Shown: positions 10,738 through 23,063 of the stretch, in pieces
Layout of the letters: every line of letters starts with the position of its first letter
Position numbering within the stretch: the stretch's first letter is position 1
The notes under the pieces: generated by a model
Databases searched by the model: none
The model's input: only the letters and a program-made list of their open reading frames with translations
What the model was told of the DNA's origin: nothing
Program-made: the position numbers and the translations under genes
From: an uncultured Actinomycetota bacterium
GTDB lineage: Bacteria; Actinomycetota; Actinomycetes; Propionibacteriales; Nocardioidaceae
Reading direction: 5' to 3'
Assembly (NCBI GenBank): GCA_963747525.1
Contig: CAVVFH010000001.1
Coordinates: forward strand, 754,647-818,646
Length of the DNA stretch: 64,000 nucleotides

Positions 10738-11709
10738 ATGGACTACACGCATCTGGGCCGCAGCGGCCTCTCCGTCAGCCGGCTCTGCCTCGGCACGATG
10801 AACTTCGGCCCGGAGACCTCCGAGGAGGACTCGCACGCGATCATGGACTCGGCGCTCGACCGGGGCGTCAACGTCTTCGACACCGCCAACGTCTACGGGT
10901 GGAAGCAGGGCGAGGGGATCACCGAGCAGATCATCGGCCGGTGGTTCGCCAGGGGCGAGGGCCGCCGCGACAAGACGGTGATCGCGACCAAGCTCTACGG
11001 GTCCATGAGCGACTGGCCCAACGACACCTTCCTGTCGGCCCGCAACATCCGGCGCGCCTGCGAGGGGTCGCTGCGCCGGCTGAAGACCGACCACATCGAC
11101 CTCTACCAGATGCACCACGTCGACCGGTCCACGCCGCTCGACGAGATCTGGGAGGCCTTCGACGTGCTGCGCGACCAGGGCAAGGTGCTGTACTTCGGCT
11201 CCTCCAACCACGCCGGCTGGCACATCGCGAAGTCGATGGAGGCCGCCCGGCGGCGGAACCGGCCCGGCCTGGTGAGCGAGCAGTCGATCTACAACCTGCT
11301 CAAGCGCGAGGTCGAGCTGGAGGTGCTCCCCGCGTGCCAGGACTACGGTCTCGGCGTCCTCCCCTGGTCACCCCTGAACGGTGGCCTGCTCGGCGGGATC
11401 ATCAAGAAGACCGAGGAGGGCAAGCGCCGCCTCACCGGCCGGGCCAAGGAGGGTCTGGAGCAGCACCGGGAGGCCATCCAGCAGTGGGAGGACCTCTGCG
11501 AGGAGCTGGGCGAGGAGCCGGCCGACGTGGGACTGGCATGGCTGCTGCACCAGGAGGCGGTGACCGCGCCCATCATCGGGCCGCGGACGATGGAGCAGCT
11601 CGAGGGCGCCCTGCACGCGCTGTCGATCCGGCTCGACCAGGACACCCTCGACCGCCTCGACGGGATCTTCCCCGGCCCCGGACCGGCCCCGGAGTCCTAC
11701 GCTTGGTAG
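10738..11709 (+). CDS. Aldo/keto reductase
   Basis: LGRSGLSVSRLCLGTMNFG, FDTANVYG, IATK, IDLYQMHH, PWSPL. Confidence 0.9.
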   Translation: MDYTHLGRSGLSVSRLCLGTMNFGPETSEEDSHAIMDSALDRGVNVFDTANVYGWKQGEGITEQIIGRWFARGEGRRDKTVIATKLYGSMSDWPNDTFLSARNIRRACEGSLRRLKTDHIDLYQMHHVDRSTPLDEIWEAFDVLRDQGKVLYFGSSNHAGWHIAKSMEAARRRNRPGLVSEQSIYNLLKREVELEVLPACQDYGLGVLPWSPLNGGLLGGIIKKTEEGKRRLTGRAKEGLEQHREAIQQWEDLCEELGEEPADVGLAWLLHQEAVTAPIIGPRTMEQLEGALHALSIRLDQDTLDRLDGIFPGPGPAPESYAW

Positions 11710-11742
11710 CTCGGCCCGCGGAACGAGGAGAGGACGCACACC

Positions 11743-12219
11743 ATGGCCATCGCAGACCCGGGACCTCGGCCCAACGCCTTCGACATCGAGGAGGCCACGG
11801 TCGCGAACGACACCTACCGCACGGTCGCCTGGACCGGCACGCACCTGCAGGTGACCCTCATGTCCATCCCCGTCGGGGAGTCGATCGGCCTCGAGGTCCA
11901 TCCCGATACGGACCAGTTCCTGCGCCTGGAGTCCGGCAAGGGCCGGTGCGTCATGGGTCCGGCCAAGGACCAGCTCGACTTCCAGCAGGACGTGGAGGAC
12001 GACTGGTCCATCCAGGTCCCGGCCGGCGTCTGGCACGACGTCATCAACACCGGCGACGAGCCCGTCCGTCTCTACGCGGTCTACGCGCCCGTCCACCACG
12101 CACGTGGCCTGGTCCAGGACACGGCTCGGGACGCCCAGCGCGACGAGCGGTCCGGCAAGGACGAGCCGCCGGACTGGACCGCCCAGCCCACCTCCGTCGA
12201 GCCCGACCAGCACGCCTGA
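11743..12219 (+). CDS. Cupin domain protein
   Basis: IGLEVHPDTDQFLRLESG and VPAGVWHDVIN cupin motifs; GAGGAGAGG RBS. Confidence 0.85.
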   Translation: MAIADPGPRPNAFDIEEATVANDTYRTVAWTGTHLQVTLMSIPVGESIGLEVHPDTDQFLRLESGKGRCVMGPAKDQLDFQQDVEDDWSIQVPAGVWHDVINTGDEPVRLYAVYAPVHHARGLVQDTARDAQRDERSGKDEPPDWTAQPTSVEPDQHA

Positions 12220-12225
12220 GCGCCG

Positions 12226-13107
12226 TCAGTCGACGGGGCGACCGGCGTCGGCCTGGACCACCCGGGTGAGGGCGAGGAAGTCGTCGTCGCCCCAGCCCCG
12301 CTCGACGGCACGGGACAGGCGCTCGCGGATCGTGGCGAGCACCGGCTCGGTCACGCCCACCGACTCCCCCTGACCGATCGCCAGGTCGACGTCCTTCAGC
12401 AGCGCCGCGGTGGTGAAGGTCGCTTCGTAGTTCCGGTCGCGGAGCGCCGAGCCCTTGTACTCGAGGAACGTGCTGGAGAGCACCGTGGAGCCGAGCGCGT
12501 CCAGCACGGTCTCGCGGGGAAGCCCGGAGGCCTCCGCCATCACGACAGCCTCGGCCAGCGCCTCCATGGTGCCGGCGAGCAGCATGTTCGTGGCCAGCTT
12601 GGCCACCTTGGCCTGCTCGGTGTCCCCGACGACGACCTGGTTGGCGCCGAGATCGTCGAGCAGCGACCCGGCCGTCTCGAGGGCCTCCGACGGCCCGGAC
12701 AGCAGCAGCCCGGCACCCCCGGACCGGAGGACGGCCGCCGTACCGCTGACCGCTCCGCGCACGTAGCGCACGCCGTGGCCGTCAGCGGCCTCCGCGACCG
12801 CCTCCGAGGCCGCCACGTCGACGGTCGACAGGTCCACGAGCGTGCTGCCGGGCTGCATCGCCTCCAGGGCGCCGCGGTCGAGAAGGACCTCGCGCAGCGC
12901 CGGCCCGTCGGTGACGAGGGTGAACACGTGCCGCGCCGACGCCACCGCCTTCGCGAGGTCTGGCTCCACGGACACGTGTTCGCCGGCGAGCTCCTCCGCA
13001 CGTTCGACGGTCCGGTTCCAGACCGTCACGCTCCGGCCGGCCTCGACCCACCGCTCGACGGCGGCGGCACCCAGCTTGCCCGCTCCCAGCAGTACGACGT
13101 CGCTCAT
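12226..13107 (-). CDS. NAD(P)-dependent oxidoreductase, 3-hydroxyisobutyrate/6-phosphogluconate dehydrogenase family
   Basis: LLGAGKLG Rossmann motif, WNRT, VDLSTV, AKLATN, KDVDLA. Confidence 0.85.
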   Translation of the reverse strand: MSDVVLLGAGKLGAAAVERWVEAGRSVTVWNRTVERAEELAGEHVSVEPDLAKAVASARHVFTLVTDGPALREVLLDRGALEAMQPGSTLVDLSTVDVAASEAVAEAADGHGVRYVRGAVSGTAAVLRSGGAGLLLSGPSEALETAGSLLDDLGANQVVVGDTEQAKVAKLATNMLLAGTMEALAEAVVMAEASGLPRETVLDALGSTVLSSTFLEYKGSALRDRNYEATFTTAALLKDVDLAIGQGESVGVTEPVLATIRERLSRAVERGWGDDDFLALTRVVQADAGRPVD

Positions 13108-13369
13108 CGACGCTCCTCTCGACAGCACCGGTCATGGCAGTGCCAGCATGCCCATCGTGCCGTGCGGGATGCCCGATCAGCCCTGGCCGTTCCCGGCACT
13201 ACGCACCTCGCTGGGTCGGTCGGTCACCTCGGCGGCTGCCGCTGCACGGTCAGCAGCAACGTGTCAGCGGGCGCGTCCGCCGTCGAGCCGGCCGACCTGG
13301 TCCGTGCTGCCCGCCTCGTGGTCGAAGTACGCGCGGTCGAGGTCACTCACACGGGGAAGATGCTCCGGC

Positions 13370-13978
13370 TCACCGAGACCCGCGGCTCGCGAGCACGGAC
13401 ACTGCGAAGTCGGACCCGTCGGTGAACGGGTCGATGCTCCAGGTGCCGAACCGGTGCTCCAGCCGCAGGCCGACGGCCTCGAGGTCGGCGTCGAAGCGTT
13501 CGTAGGGGTACTCCTCCGAGCGGCGGAAGCCGACGACCACCCGGCCCCCCGGGCGGGTGTGCACGCGGAACCGGTCCAGGACCGCGCGCTCGGACCCCGG
13601 GGCGAGGAAGACCATGACGTTGCCGGCGCAGAGCACCAGGTCGAACGGCTCCCCGTCGAGGTCCAGCCCGGACAGGTCCGCGACGATGTACGTCGGTCCC
13701 GGGTGGTCGACCTCGGCGGCGGCGATGAGCTCGGGGTCGGCGTCCACGCCCACCACCCGGTGCCCGCGCGCGTGCAGCGCTCCCGACAGACGACCGGGGC
13801 CGCAGCCGGCGTCGAGCACCCGCGACCCCGGCGGCACCAGGGCGTCGACCAGCCGCGCCTCACCCTCGAGGTCGGCGCCCTCGCGCGCCATGGTGCGGAA
13901 GCGCTCGATGTACCACTCCGAGTGCCCGGGCTTCGTCTCGGTGAACCAGCGTGGTCGGGCGGTGGGCCGTGCTGTCAT
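13370..13978 (-). CDS. Class I SAM-dependent methyltransferase
   Basis: VLDAGCGPG, VGVD, FDLVLCAGN. Confidence 0.85.
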   Translation of the reverse strand: MTARPTARPRWFTETKPGHSEWYIERFRTMAREGADLEGEARLVDALVPPGSRVLDAGCGPGRLSGALHARGHRVVGVDADPELIAAAEVDHPGPTYIVADLSGLDLDGEPFDLVLCAGNVMVFLAPGSERAVLDRFRVHTRPGGRVVVGFRRSEEYPYERFDADLEAVGLRLEHRFGTWSIDPFTDGSDFAVSVLASRGSR

Positions 13979-14013
13979 GGGGCGATCCTCGCAGCCCGTG
14001 CTAGGAAGGGTCG

Positions 14014-14358
14014 ATGAGCCCCGTATCCGTCACCGATGCCCTCGAGGACCACCTCGCCAAAGCCCTGCAGTCGCCCCAGGGCCGCAGCTCGCACACGCTC
14101 GTCGGCGGACGCGACCGCGTGCTCCGGCAGACCATGGTGGCGCTCAAGGGTGGTGAGACCCTGGCGGAGCACGAGGCCCCCGGCGAGGCCACGTTGCTGG
14201 TGCTGCGCGGCCGGGTGTCGCTGGGCACGACCGCGGGCGAGCAGGTGGTGCACGCCGACGAGCTCGCGGAGATTCCCATGGAGCGGCACGACCTCACCGC
14301 CCACGAGGACTCCGTGGTCCTGCTGACCGTGGCCAAGGCGGTCGGCAACCCCGTCTGA
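14014..14358 (+). CDS. Small cupin-fold protein
   Basis: LAEHEAPGEATLLVLRG and IPMERHDL. Confidence 0.75.
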   Translation: MSPVSVTDALEDHLAKALQSPQGRSSHTLVGGRDRVLRQTMVALKGGETLAEHEAPGEATLLVLRGRVSLGTTAGEQVVHADELAEIPMERHDLTAHEDSVVLLTVAKAVGNPV

Positions 14359-14368
14359 TCCGCTCGGC

Positions 14369-15130
14369 CTACCCCGCCGACGCTCGGGAGGCGAGCAGGG
14401 CGGCCCCGACGATCCCCGCCCGGTTGAGCAGCGTGGCCGGCACCATCGGGGTGCCGACGTCGACCAGGTGCAGGAAGCGGTCGGCTCGCTTGCTCACCCC
14501 TCCACCGATGACGAAGAGGTCGGGCGAGAAGAGCTTCTCCAGCTCGCGGAAGTACCGGGTGAGGCGCTCGGCCCACTCCTCGTAGCCGAGCCCCTCTCGT
14601 TCGCGCACGACGTTGGCAGCACGCGACTCCGCGTCGTGCCCGTCGATCTCGAGGTGTCCCAGCTCGGAGTTGGGCACCAGCACGCCGTCGTACACGAGCG
14701 CGGTGCCGATGCCGGTGCCGAGCGTGGCGACCACCACCAGCCCGGTGCGGCCGGCCGCGGCGCCGAGACGCACCTCGGCGTACCCGGCGGCGTCGGCGTC
14801 GTTCGTCACCGCCACCGGCCGGCCGAGGACGTCGGCGAACAGCCGCTCCGCGTCCACCCCGACCCAGGCGTCGTCGATGTTGGCGGCCGAGCCCACGATC
14901 CCGTGCTTGACGACCGCCGGCACTGTCACCCCGACCGGAGCGGTCGTGGTCTCGTCGAGCGTGGCCAGGAGGTCCCGGACGACCGACGCCACCCGGTCCG
15001 GCGTCGCCGGCGCCGGCGTCTCGATCCGGACCCGGTCGCCGACGAAGGTGCCCGCGTCGACGTCCACCAGGGCGGCCTTGATGCCGCTGCCGCCGAAGTC
15101 GACCCCCACGGGGTGCGCCTGTGTCGCCAT
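14369..15130 (-). CDS. ppgK: Polyphosphate/ATP glucokinase (ROK family)
   Basis: GVDFGGSGIK, NDADAAG, TLGTGIG, PNSELGH, IGGGVSK. Confidence 0.9.
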   Translation of the reverse strand: MATQAHPVGVDFGGSGIKAALVDVDAGTFVGDRVRIETPAPATPDRVASVVRDLLATLDETTTAPVGVTVPAVVKHGIVGSAANIDDAWVGVDAERLFADVLGRPVAVTNDADAAGYAEVRLGAAAGRTGLVVVATLGTGIGTALVYDGVLVPNSELGHLEIDGHDAESRAANVVREREGLGYEEWAERLTRYFRELEKLFSPDLFVIGGGVSKRADRFLHLVDVGTPMVPATLLNRAGIVGAALLASRASAG

Positions 15131-15161
15131 CGGCCCAGTATGGGTCGCCGGCCGTGGCGGT

Positions 15162-15868
15162 TCAGCGGTAGGTCAGCAGCCCCGTGTCGCTCTCGAGGTG
15201 CGGGTGCTCGTTGTAGGTCGACAGCGACAGGCCCCGCCGGCCGGCGATCACCTTGGTCACGCCGGTGTTCACCGCCACCCGGTTGAGCGCCGACCACATG
15301 GCCGCCAGCTGGACGGACTCCGCGCCGTCGCCGGCGACGAGCAGCGCCGCGGCCATCGCGATCGGACCGCCGGAGCTGACCACCGCAACGGTCTTGTGGT
15401 CACGCGCCACTTCCCGCGCCCGGTCCAGCGCACCGGCCACGCGCTCGCGGAACTCCGGGAACGACTCGGCGTAGTCCGTGTCGTGATCCCCGGACGCCCA
15501 GCGCGCGGTCGCCGCCTCGAAGACCTCCTGGAACGCCTGCATCGGCCGCAGCGTCCGCGCCAGGTCCGCCTTCATCAGCGTGCGGTTGCGGTACATCGGC
15601 TTGTGCACCTCCACCACGTGCTGGAAGTCGAACTCGTCCCAGCCGTCGTCGAGCCGCACCTCGACCTTGCTGCCGGCGCCGTCCAGCAGTCCCGTGGCGG
15701 TGTCGGTGTGCCGCCGCATGTCGCCGCGGAGCACCAGGTCGGGGACCAGGCCTCGGCCCGCCAGGGACTCCCCCAGCACCCGGGACTGCTTGTGGCCGCG
15801 GCCGGAGAGCGCGTCGTAGTTGCGCGCACCGAACGACGCCTGGCCGTGCCGGACCAGCAGCAAGACGC

Positions 15869-15872
<4 letters not shown>
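15162..15872 (-). CDS. Histidine phosphatase (phosphoglycerate mutase) family protein
   Basis: LVRHGQASFG motif; GTG start overlaps the upstream stop. Confidence 0.85.
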
Positions 15873-16992
<1,120 letters not shown>

Positions 16993-16996
<4 letters not shown>

Positions 16997-18264
16997 CGGT
17001 GCGCCTGCCGGGCCTGCTGCTGGGCGAGCTCGAGCCGGGCGATGAGGCCGAGGTGGACCTCGTCGGGCCCGTCGGCCAGCCGCAGCGCGCGGGCCGTGGT
17101 CCACGCGGCGGCCAGGGGGAAGTCGTCGCTCATGCCGCCGCCACCGTGGATCTGCATGGCGAAGTCGATGATCTCCTGGGCCATGTTCGGCGCGGCCACC
17201 TTGATCTGGCTGACCTCGCTGATCGCGCCGAGCGGGCCCTGGGTGTCCAGCTTCCACGCCGCGTGCAGCACCAGCAGTCGGGTCGACTCGATGGCGATCC
17301 GGGCGCGCGCGATGCGCTCGCGGTTGCCGCCGAGGTTCACCAGGGGCTTGCCGAAGGCCTTGCGCTCGTGACCCCGCTGGCAGGCCAGCTCCAAGGCCAT
17401 CTCGGCGAGGCCGATGGTGCGCATGCAGTGGTGGACCCGGCCGGGGCCGAGGCGGCCCTGGGCGATCTCGAAGGCGCGCCCCTCACCGAGGAGGATGTTC
17501 GACCTCGGCACCCGGACGTTCTCGAACACGACCTCGCCGTGGCCGATCGGCTCGTCGTAGCGACCCATCGCCGGCAGCATCCGCTCGACCCGCACCCCGG
17601 GGGTGTCGCGCGGCACGAGCACCATCGTGTGCTGGTGGTGCCGGTCCGCGTCGGGGTTCTCCGAGCGGCCCATGAAGATGAAGATCTTGCAGTCCGGGTG
17701 GCCGGCACCGGAGGTCCACCACTTGCGGCCGTTGATGACCACCTCGTCGCCGTCCCCGACGGCGCTGGCCTCCATGTTGGTGGCGTCTGATGACGCCACG
17801 TCGGGCTCGGTCATCGCGAACCCGGAGCGGATCTGCCCGTCCAGCAGCGGGTCGAGCCACTGGTCCTTCTGCTCCTGGGTGCCGTACTTCAGCAGCACCT
17901 CCATGTTGCCGGTGTCGGGCGCGTTGCAGTTGAAGATCAGCGGTGCCAGGAAGGACCGGCCCATCTGCTCGGCCACCGGCGCGTAGTCCACGTTGGACAG
18001 GCCCGCCCCGCCATGCGTGCCGTACTTCTCGGCGTACGGCCCCTCGTGCCCGGCTGGCAGGAAGAGGTTCCACAGCCCGCGCAGCCGGGCCTCGGCCCGC
18101 AGGCCGTCGATCACCGGCAGCGGCTCCCACGTGTTGCCGCCGGCGTCGCGGACCTCCGCGACCTGGCGGTGGTAGTCGGCCTCGACCGGTGTGATCTCGG
18201 TGTCGATGAAGTGGCGCACGCGCGCGGCGAGGTCGGCGGAGCGCTCCGAGGGCTGGAAGTCCAT
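16993..18264 (-). CDS. Acyl-CoA dehydrogenase (ACAD10/11, FadE2-like)
   Basis: FNCNAPDTGNMEVL, FAMTEPDVASSDATN, GRKWWTSGA, QGRLGPGRVHHCMR, RLADGPDEVH. Confidence 0.9.
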
Positions 18265-18299
18265 GGTGGGCAAACTACGCCCCCGCTCCAGCGCTGCGG

Positions 18300-19343
18300 T
18301 CAGCAGATCCGGGGCAGCTGCTCGCCGATCGGCATGTCCACCATCCGTTGTGCGCCCAGCCGGGTCCGCATGACCACGAGACCGGGATTCTCCGCGGTGC
18401 AGCGGCCCACCCGGCACGCCCCGGCGCCGAGCGGATGCGCGCGCATCGCGGCGAGCACCGCGTCGGCGTCGCCCGGGGCCACGAACGCCAGCAGGATCCC
18501 CTCGTTGGCGACCTGCAGCGGGTCGAGGCCCAGCAGTCCGCAGGCGTCCCGCACCGCCCCCGGGACGGGCAGCGCCTGCTCCTCCAGCTCCACCCCGACA
18601 CCGGCCGACCGGACGATCTCGTTGAGGGTCGCGGCGACGCCACCGCGCGTGGGGTCGCGGAGCACGTGCAGGTCGGGTGTCACGTCCACCATGGCCGCCA
18701 CGAGGCCGTGGAGCGCCGCGGTGTCGCTCTCCACCGTGGTGCCGAACTCCAGCCCCTCCCGGCAGCTCATCACCGCGACACCGTGCACGCCGATCGGGCC
18801 GCTCACCAGCACCACGTCGCCGGGGCGGGCACGGCCGGGGCGGATGTCGACACCGGCAGGCACCACGCCGAGCCCGGTGGTGGTCACGTAGACGCCGTCG
18901 CCGCTGCCGCTGTCGACGACCTTGGTGTCGCCGGTCGCCAGTCTGACCCCGGCCGCCCGGGACGCCGCTCCGACATCCTCGGCGACCCGGGCCAGGTCGG
19001 CGAGCGCCGTCCCCTCCTCGAGGATGAACGCGGTGGCGAGGAACCGCGGCACCGCGCCGACCATGGCCAGGTCGTTGAGCGTGCCGTTCACCGCCAGGTC
19101 GCCCACCGACCCACCGGGGAAGAACATCGGCCGGACCACGAAGGAGTCGGTGGAGAAGGCGACGCGGGCCCCGCCGACCTCCAGCACGGCCGCGTCGCCG
19201 AGCTCGGCGGTCGCCGCGTCGCCGAACGCCGGCAGGAACAGGTGCTCGACCAGCTCGGCGGACATCGCCCCGCCCCCGCCGTGCCCCATCACGATCGTCG
19301 GCGAGCTCCGCAGCGGGACCGGGCAGACCCATGCCTCGCTCAC
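18300..19343 (-). CDS. hypE: Hydrogenase maturation carbamoyl dehydratase HypE
   Basis: [31 protein letters not shown]-terminal PRIC. Confidence 0.95.
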   Translation of the reverse strand: MSEAWVCPVPLRSSPTIVMGHGGGGAMSAELVEHLFLPAFGDAATAELGDAAVLEVGGARVAFSTDSFVVRPMFFPGGSVGDLAVNGTLNDLAMVGAVPRFLATAFILEEGTALADLARVAEDVGAASRAAGVRLATGDTKVVDSGSGDGVYVTTTGLGVVPAGVDIRPGRARPGDVVLVSGPIGVHGVAVMSCREGLEFGTTVESDTAALHGLVAAMVDVTPDLHVLRDPTRGGVAATLNEIVRSAGVGVELEEQALPVPGAVRDACGLLGLDPLQVANEGILLAFVAPGDADAVLAAMRAHPLGAGACRVGRCTAENPGLVVMRTRLGAQRMVDMPIGEQLPRIC

Positions 19344-20443
19344 CGGCTTGCTCCCGTCTCCAGCCGTCGGTAGGCGTAGTAGGCGGCGCACGCGCCCTCC
19401 GACGACACCATGGTGGCTCCCAACGGCGTGCGCGGGGTGCACTCCTTGCCGAAGGCCGGGCACTCGTGCGGCTTGACCAGCCCCTGCAGCACCTCCCCCG
19501 ACCGGCAGAGAGGGGACTCGTCGGCGCGCACGTCGGCGACGTCGAACCGGTGCTCCGCGTCGTGGTCGCGGTACTTCTCCGCCAGCCGCCAGCCGCTGTC
19601 CGGGATCGGCCCGATGCCGCGCCAGGTGCGGTCGACCACCTCGAAGACCTCCTCCAGCATCTGCCGCGCCGCCACGTTCCCCTCGTCGGGGACCGCGCGC
19701 GCGTAGGCGTTCTCCACCTCGTGGCGACCGGCCTCGAGCTGCACCACCGCGCGGCGGATCCCCTCAAGGATGTCCAGCGGCTCGAAGCCGGTGACGACGA
19801 TCGGGACGCCGTACCGCTCGGCGAGCGCGGGGTACTGCCGGATCCCCATGACGCTGCAGACGTGACCCGCGGCGAGGAAGGCCTGGACCCGGCAGCCCGG
19901 TGACTCCATCACCGCCGCGATGGCCGGCGGGACGAGCACGTGCGAGACCAGCATCGAGAAGTTCCGGACACCCAACCGGTACGCCTGGTGCACCGCCATC
20001 GCGTTGGCCGGCGCGGTGGTCTCGAAGCCGATGCCGAAGAACACCACCTCGCGGTCGGGGTGAGCGCGAGCGATGTCGAGGGCGTCGAGCGGCGAGTAGA
20101 CGACGCGCACGTCGGCGCCGGAGCTCCTGACCTGGGACAGGTCCTCCGAGCTGCCGGGCACCCGGAGCATGTCGCCGAAGGAGCAGAAGACGACGCCCGG
20201 GCGGCGGGCGATGGCCAGCGCCTTGTCGACGGTCTCCACCGGTGTCACGCACACCGGGCAGCCGGGGCCGTGGATCAGCTCCAGGCCGGCCGGGAGCAGC
20301 TGGTCGATGCCGTGCCGGATGATCGAGTGGGTCTGACCGCCGCAGACCTCCATCATCGCCCACGGCCGGGTCGTGGCCTCGTGGATCTGGTCGAGCAGCC
20401 GCCGCGCGAGGACCGGGTCGTTGAACTCGTCGAGGTACTTCAC
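19340..20443 (-). CDS. hypD: Hydrogenase maturation protein HypD
   Basis: [25 protein letters not shown]-terminal Fe-S cysteines ending MVSSEGAC. Confidence 0.95.
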   Translation of the reverse strand: MKYLDEFNDPVLARRLLDQIHEATTRPWAMMEVCGGQTHSIIRHGIDQLLPAGLELIHGPGCPVCVTPVETVDKALAIARRPGVVFCSFGDMLRVPGSSEDLSQVRSSGADVRVVYSPLDALDIARAHPDREVVFFGIGFETTAPANAMAVHQAYRLGVRNFSMLVSHVLVPPAIAAVMESPGCRVQAFLAAGHVCSVMGIRQYPALAERYGVPIVVTGFEPLDILEGIRRAVVQLEAGRHEVENAYARAVPDEGNVAARQMLEEVFEVVDRTWRGIGPIPDSGWRLAEKYRDHDAEHRFDVADVRADESPLCRSGEVLQGLVKPHECPAFGKECTPRTPLGATMVSSEGACAAYYAYRRLETGASR

Positions 20444-20685
20444 CGCAGGCCCTCCTCGGCGAGCATGCCCATCCGCTCCAGGTCGGCGAGTGTCTGCCGG
20501 GCCGCCTCCTCGTCCACGCGCTGGATGGCGAAGCCGACGTGCACGAGGACGTAGTCGCCGACGCCGACGTCAGGCAGGTAGGCCAGGCACACGCTCTTGA
20601 GGACACCACCGAAGTCGACGTCGGCCATCGTGGCGCCGTCCCGCTCGAAGAGCGTCGTCACCCGGCCGGGGACCGCTAGGCACAT
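20440..20685 (-). CDS. hypC: Hydrogenase maturation chaperone HypC
   Basis: MCLAVPG start, [12 protein letters not shown]; 81 aa. Confidence 0.95.
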   Translation of the reverse strand: MCLAVPGRVTTLFERDGATMADVDFGGVLKSVCLAYLPDVGVGDYVLVHVGFAIQRVDEEAARQTLADLERMGMLAEEGLR

Positions 20686-23030
20686 GACGACTCCCGAGGT
20701 TGGGCTGCGGCGACCAGGACCTGGCCGAGGGCGAGGCCCCCGTCGTTGGGGGGCAGCAGCCGCGGCACGAGGACGGCGAAGCCGTGCCCGGACAGAGCGG
20801 CCACCGCCTCCTCCAGGAGTACGGCGTTCTGGAACACGCCTCCCCCGAGCACGACGGTGTCCAGCGCGGTGGTGCTCCTGGTGTGCACGGCGAGGTCCGC
20901 GACGAGGCCGGCCACCGCGGTGTGGAACCGGCGGGCGACCGTCGGCGCGGGCACGCCACCGAGCACGTCCCGGATCACGCCGCGGAGCACCTCGCCGGGG
21001 TCGGCGACCAGCGGGTCGTCCGGGTGCCTGCCCGGCCGGAGGACGAACCGGTAGCGGTCGTCGGTGGTGGTCTCCCCGGCCGCCCGCGCCAGCCCCTCGA
21101 GCGCCATCGCCGCCTCGGCCTCGTAGTCGGCCACGTGCCGCACCCCGGCCAGCGACGCCACCGCGTCGAACAGCCGGCCCATGCTGGAGGTCGGCACGCA
21201 GCCGAGCCCGGTGTCGAGCTGGTGGGCCAGCGCCGACCGTTCGCGCTCCGGGCACGCCGCCACGGCCGGGACGTCGCCGCTCCACGGGATGCCGGCGGCC
21301 CGCAGGTGCGCCAGCGCCATCCGGTAGGGCCGCTGCACGCTGAGGTCCCCGCCGGCGAGCGGCACGTAGGCCAGGTGCGCGGCGCGCCGGAACCCGGCGT
21401 AGTCGGCGACGAGGACCTCGCCGCCCCACACCGCGCCGTCGGTGCCGTAGCCGGTGCCGTCGAAGGCGATCCCGATCACTGCGGTCCCCGCCGGGACACC
21501 GTGCTCCCCCATCACCGAGGCGATGTGCGCGTGGTGGTGCTGCACGGTGGTGACGGGCCGGCCCGCGGCCCGGCGCCGGGCCCAGCCCGCGGACCGGTAG
21601 GCGGGGTGGGCGTCGGCGACCAGGAGGGTCGGCGTGACCCCGGTCAGCTCCTCGAGGTGCCGCTCGGCCCCCTCGAGCGCCGCAAGGGTGGAGAGGTCGT
21701 CGAGGTCACCGACGTGCTGGCTCAGCCAGGCGTTGCGGCCCTGCGCCACCGCGCAGGTGTTCTTCAGGTCGGCGCCGACCGCGAGCGTCGGGCCCACCTC
21801 GAACGGCAGGGACACCGGCATCGGCGCGTACCCGCGGGAGCGCCGCACCGGCACCTCGCCCCCGAGCGCGAGGCGGACCACCGAGTCGTCGCACGGCACC
21901 TCGATGGGACGGTCGTGGGTGAGCCACGCGTCCACCAGCCCCGCCAGCCGGGTGCGGGCCTCGGCGTCGTCGGTGACGATGACCTCGCCGGCGAGGTTGC
22001 CCGACGTCATCACCAGCAGGTCCGGCCCCGGCGGGTCGTCCTCCAGCCCCAGGAGCAGCACGTGCAACGGCGTGTAGGGCAGCATCACCCCGAGGTCGGG
22101 ATTGCCCGGGGCCACCGACGCGGCGACCCGGCCCCCGGGTCGGCGGGGAAGCAGCACGATCGGTCGGCGTACCCCCGTCAGCAGCGCGGCCGCACCCGGC
22201 CGGAGGTCGACCTCGGCGCCGAGGGTGCCGAGGTCGCGCGCCATCACCGCGAACGGCTTGTCCCCGCGGTGCTTGCGGCGTCGGAGGGCGGACACGGCCT
22301 TCTCGGAGGTGGCGTCGCACGCCAGGTGGTAGCCACCCAGTCCCTTCACCGCCAGCACCGCACCGTCGGCCAGCATCCGACGCGCTGCGGTCACCGCCTC
22401 GTCGCCGGAGGCCACCACGCCACGGCCGTCCTCCAGCCGCACCGTCGGCCCGCAGTCGGGGCAGGCCAGCGGCTGGGCGTGGAAGCGCCGGTCCGTGGGG
22501 TCGTCGTACTCGTGCTGGCAGGGCGGGCACAGCGCGAAGCCCGCCATCGTGGTGCGGACCCGGTCGTAGGGCAGTCCCGCCACGATCGTGAACCTCGGGC
22601 CGCAGTTGGTGCACGTGGTGAACGGGTAGCGGTACCGGCGGTCGGCCGGGTCCTCCAGGTCCCGCAGGCAGTCGTCGCAGACGGCCACGTCCGGGGACAC
22701 GAACGTGCGCGCCGGACCCGAGCTCGTCGAGCCCTCGATGCGGAAGCCCGTGCCCCCGTGCGGCTCCTGGTCGACGGCCCGGACCGCGTCGACGCGGGCC
22801 AGCGGCGGCGCGTCGGCGGCGAGACGTACGGCGAACGCGGCCACGTCCTCGGGAGCCCCCTCGACCTCCACGACCACGCCCCCGACGTCGTTGCCCACCC
22901 ACCCGGTCAACGACAGCTCGGCCGCGGTCACGTAGACCCACGGCCGGAAGCCGACCCCCTGCACCAGGCCGGTCACCTCGAAGCGGCGTCGCAGCCGGCA
23001 GGAGGCCTCTGTCGCGACCGAACCGCTCAT
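20676..23030 (-). CDS. hypF: Carbamoyltransferase HypF
   Basis: Acylphosphatase GLVQGVGFRP, zinc-finger CxxC pairs, KGLGGYHL, QHHHAH, DGTGYG, PNDGGLALGQ. Confidence 0.95.
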   Translation of the reverse strand: MSGSVATEASCRLRRRFEVTGLVQGVGFRPWVYVTAAELSLTGWVGNDVGGVVVEVEGAPEDVAAFAVRLAADAPPLARVDAVRAVDQEPHGGTGFRIEGSTSSGPARTFVSPDVAVCDDCLRDLEDPADRRYRYPFTTCTNCGPRFTIVAGLPYDRVRTTMAGFALCPPCQHEYDDPTDRRFHAQPLACPDCGPTVRLEDGRGVVASGDEAVTAARRMLADGAVLAVKGLGGYHLACDATSEKAVSALRRRKHRGDKPFAVMARDLGTLGAEVDLRPGAAALLTGVRRPIVLLPRRPGGRVAASVAPGNPDLGVMLPYTPLHVLLLGLEDDPPGPDLLVMTSGNLAGEVIVTDDAEARTRLAGLVDAWLTHDRPIEVPCDDSVVRLALGGEVPVRRSRGYAPMPVSLPFEVGPTLAVGADLKNTCAVAQGRNAWLSQHVGDLDDLSTLAALEGAERHLEELTGVTPTLLVADAHPAYRSAGWARRRAAGRPVTTVQHHHAHIASVMGEHGVPAGTAVIGIAFDGTGYGTDGAVWGGEVLVADYAGFRRAAHLAYVPLAGGDLSVQRPYRMALAHLRAAGIPWSGDVPAVAACPERERSALAHQLDTGLGCVPTSSMGRLFDAVASLAGVRHVADYEAEAAMALEGLARAAGETTTDDRYRFVLRPGRHPDDPLVADPGEVLRGVIRDVLGGVPAPTVARRFHTAVAGLVADLAVHTRSTTALDTVVLGGGVFQNAVLLEEAVAALSGHGFAVLVPRLLPPNDGGLALGQVLVAAAQPRESSCA

Positions 23031-23063
23031 GCCTCCTGCCTCGTCACCTGTTCGGCGCTGCCG

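Noticed and set aside
13130-13370. Intergenic fragment reading VSDLDRAYFDH on the minus strand (glyoxalase-like start)
   Set aside because: Too short to assign; may be a relic but is unsupported.
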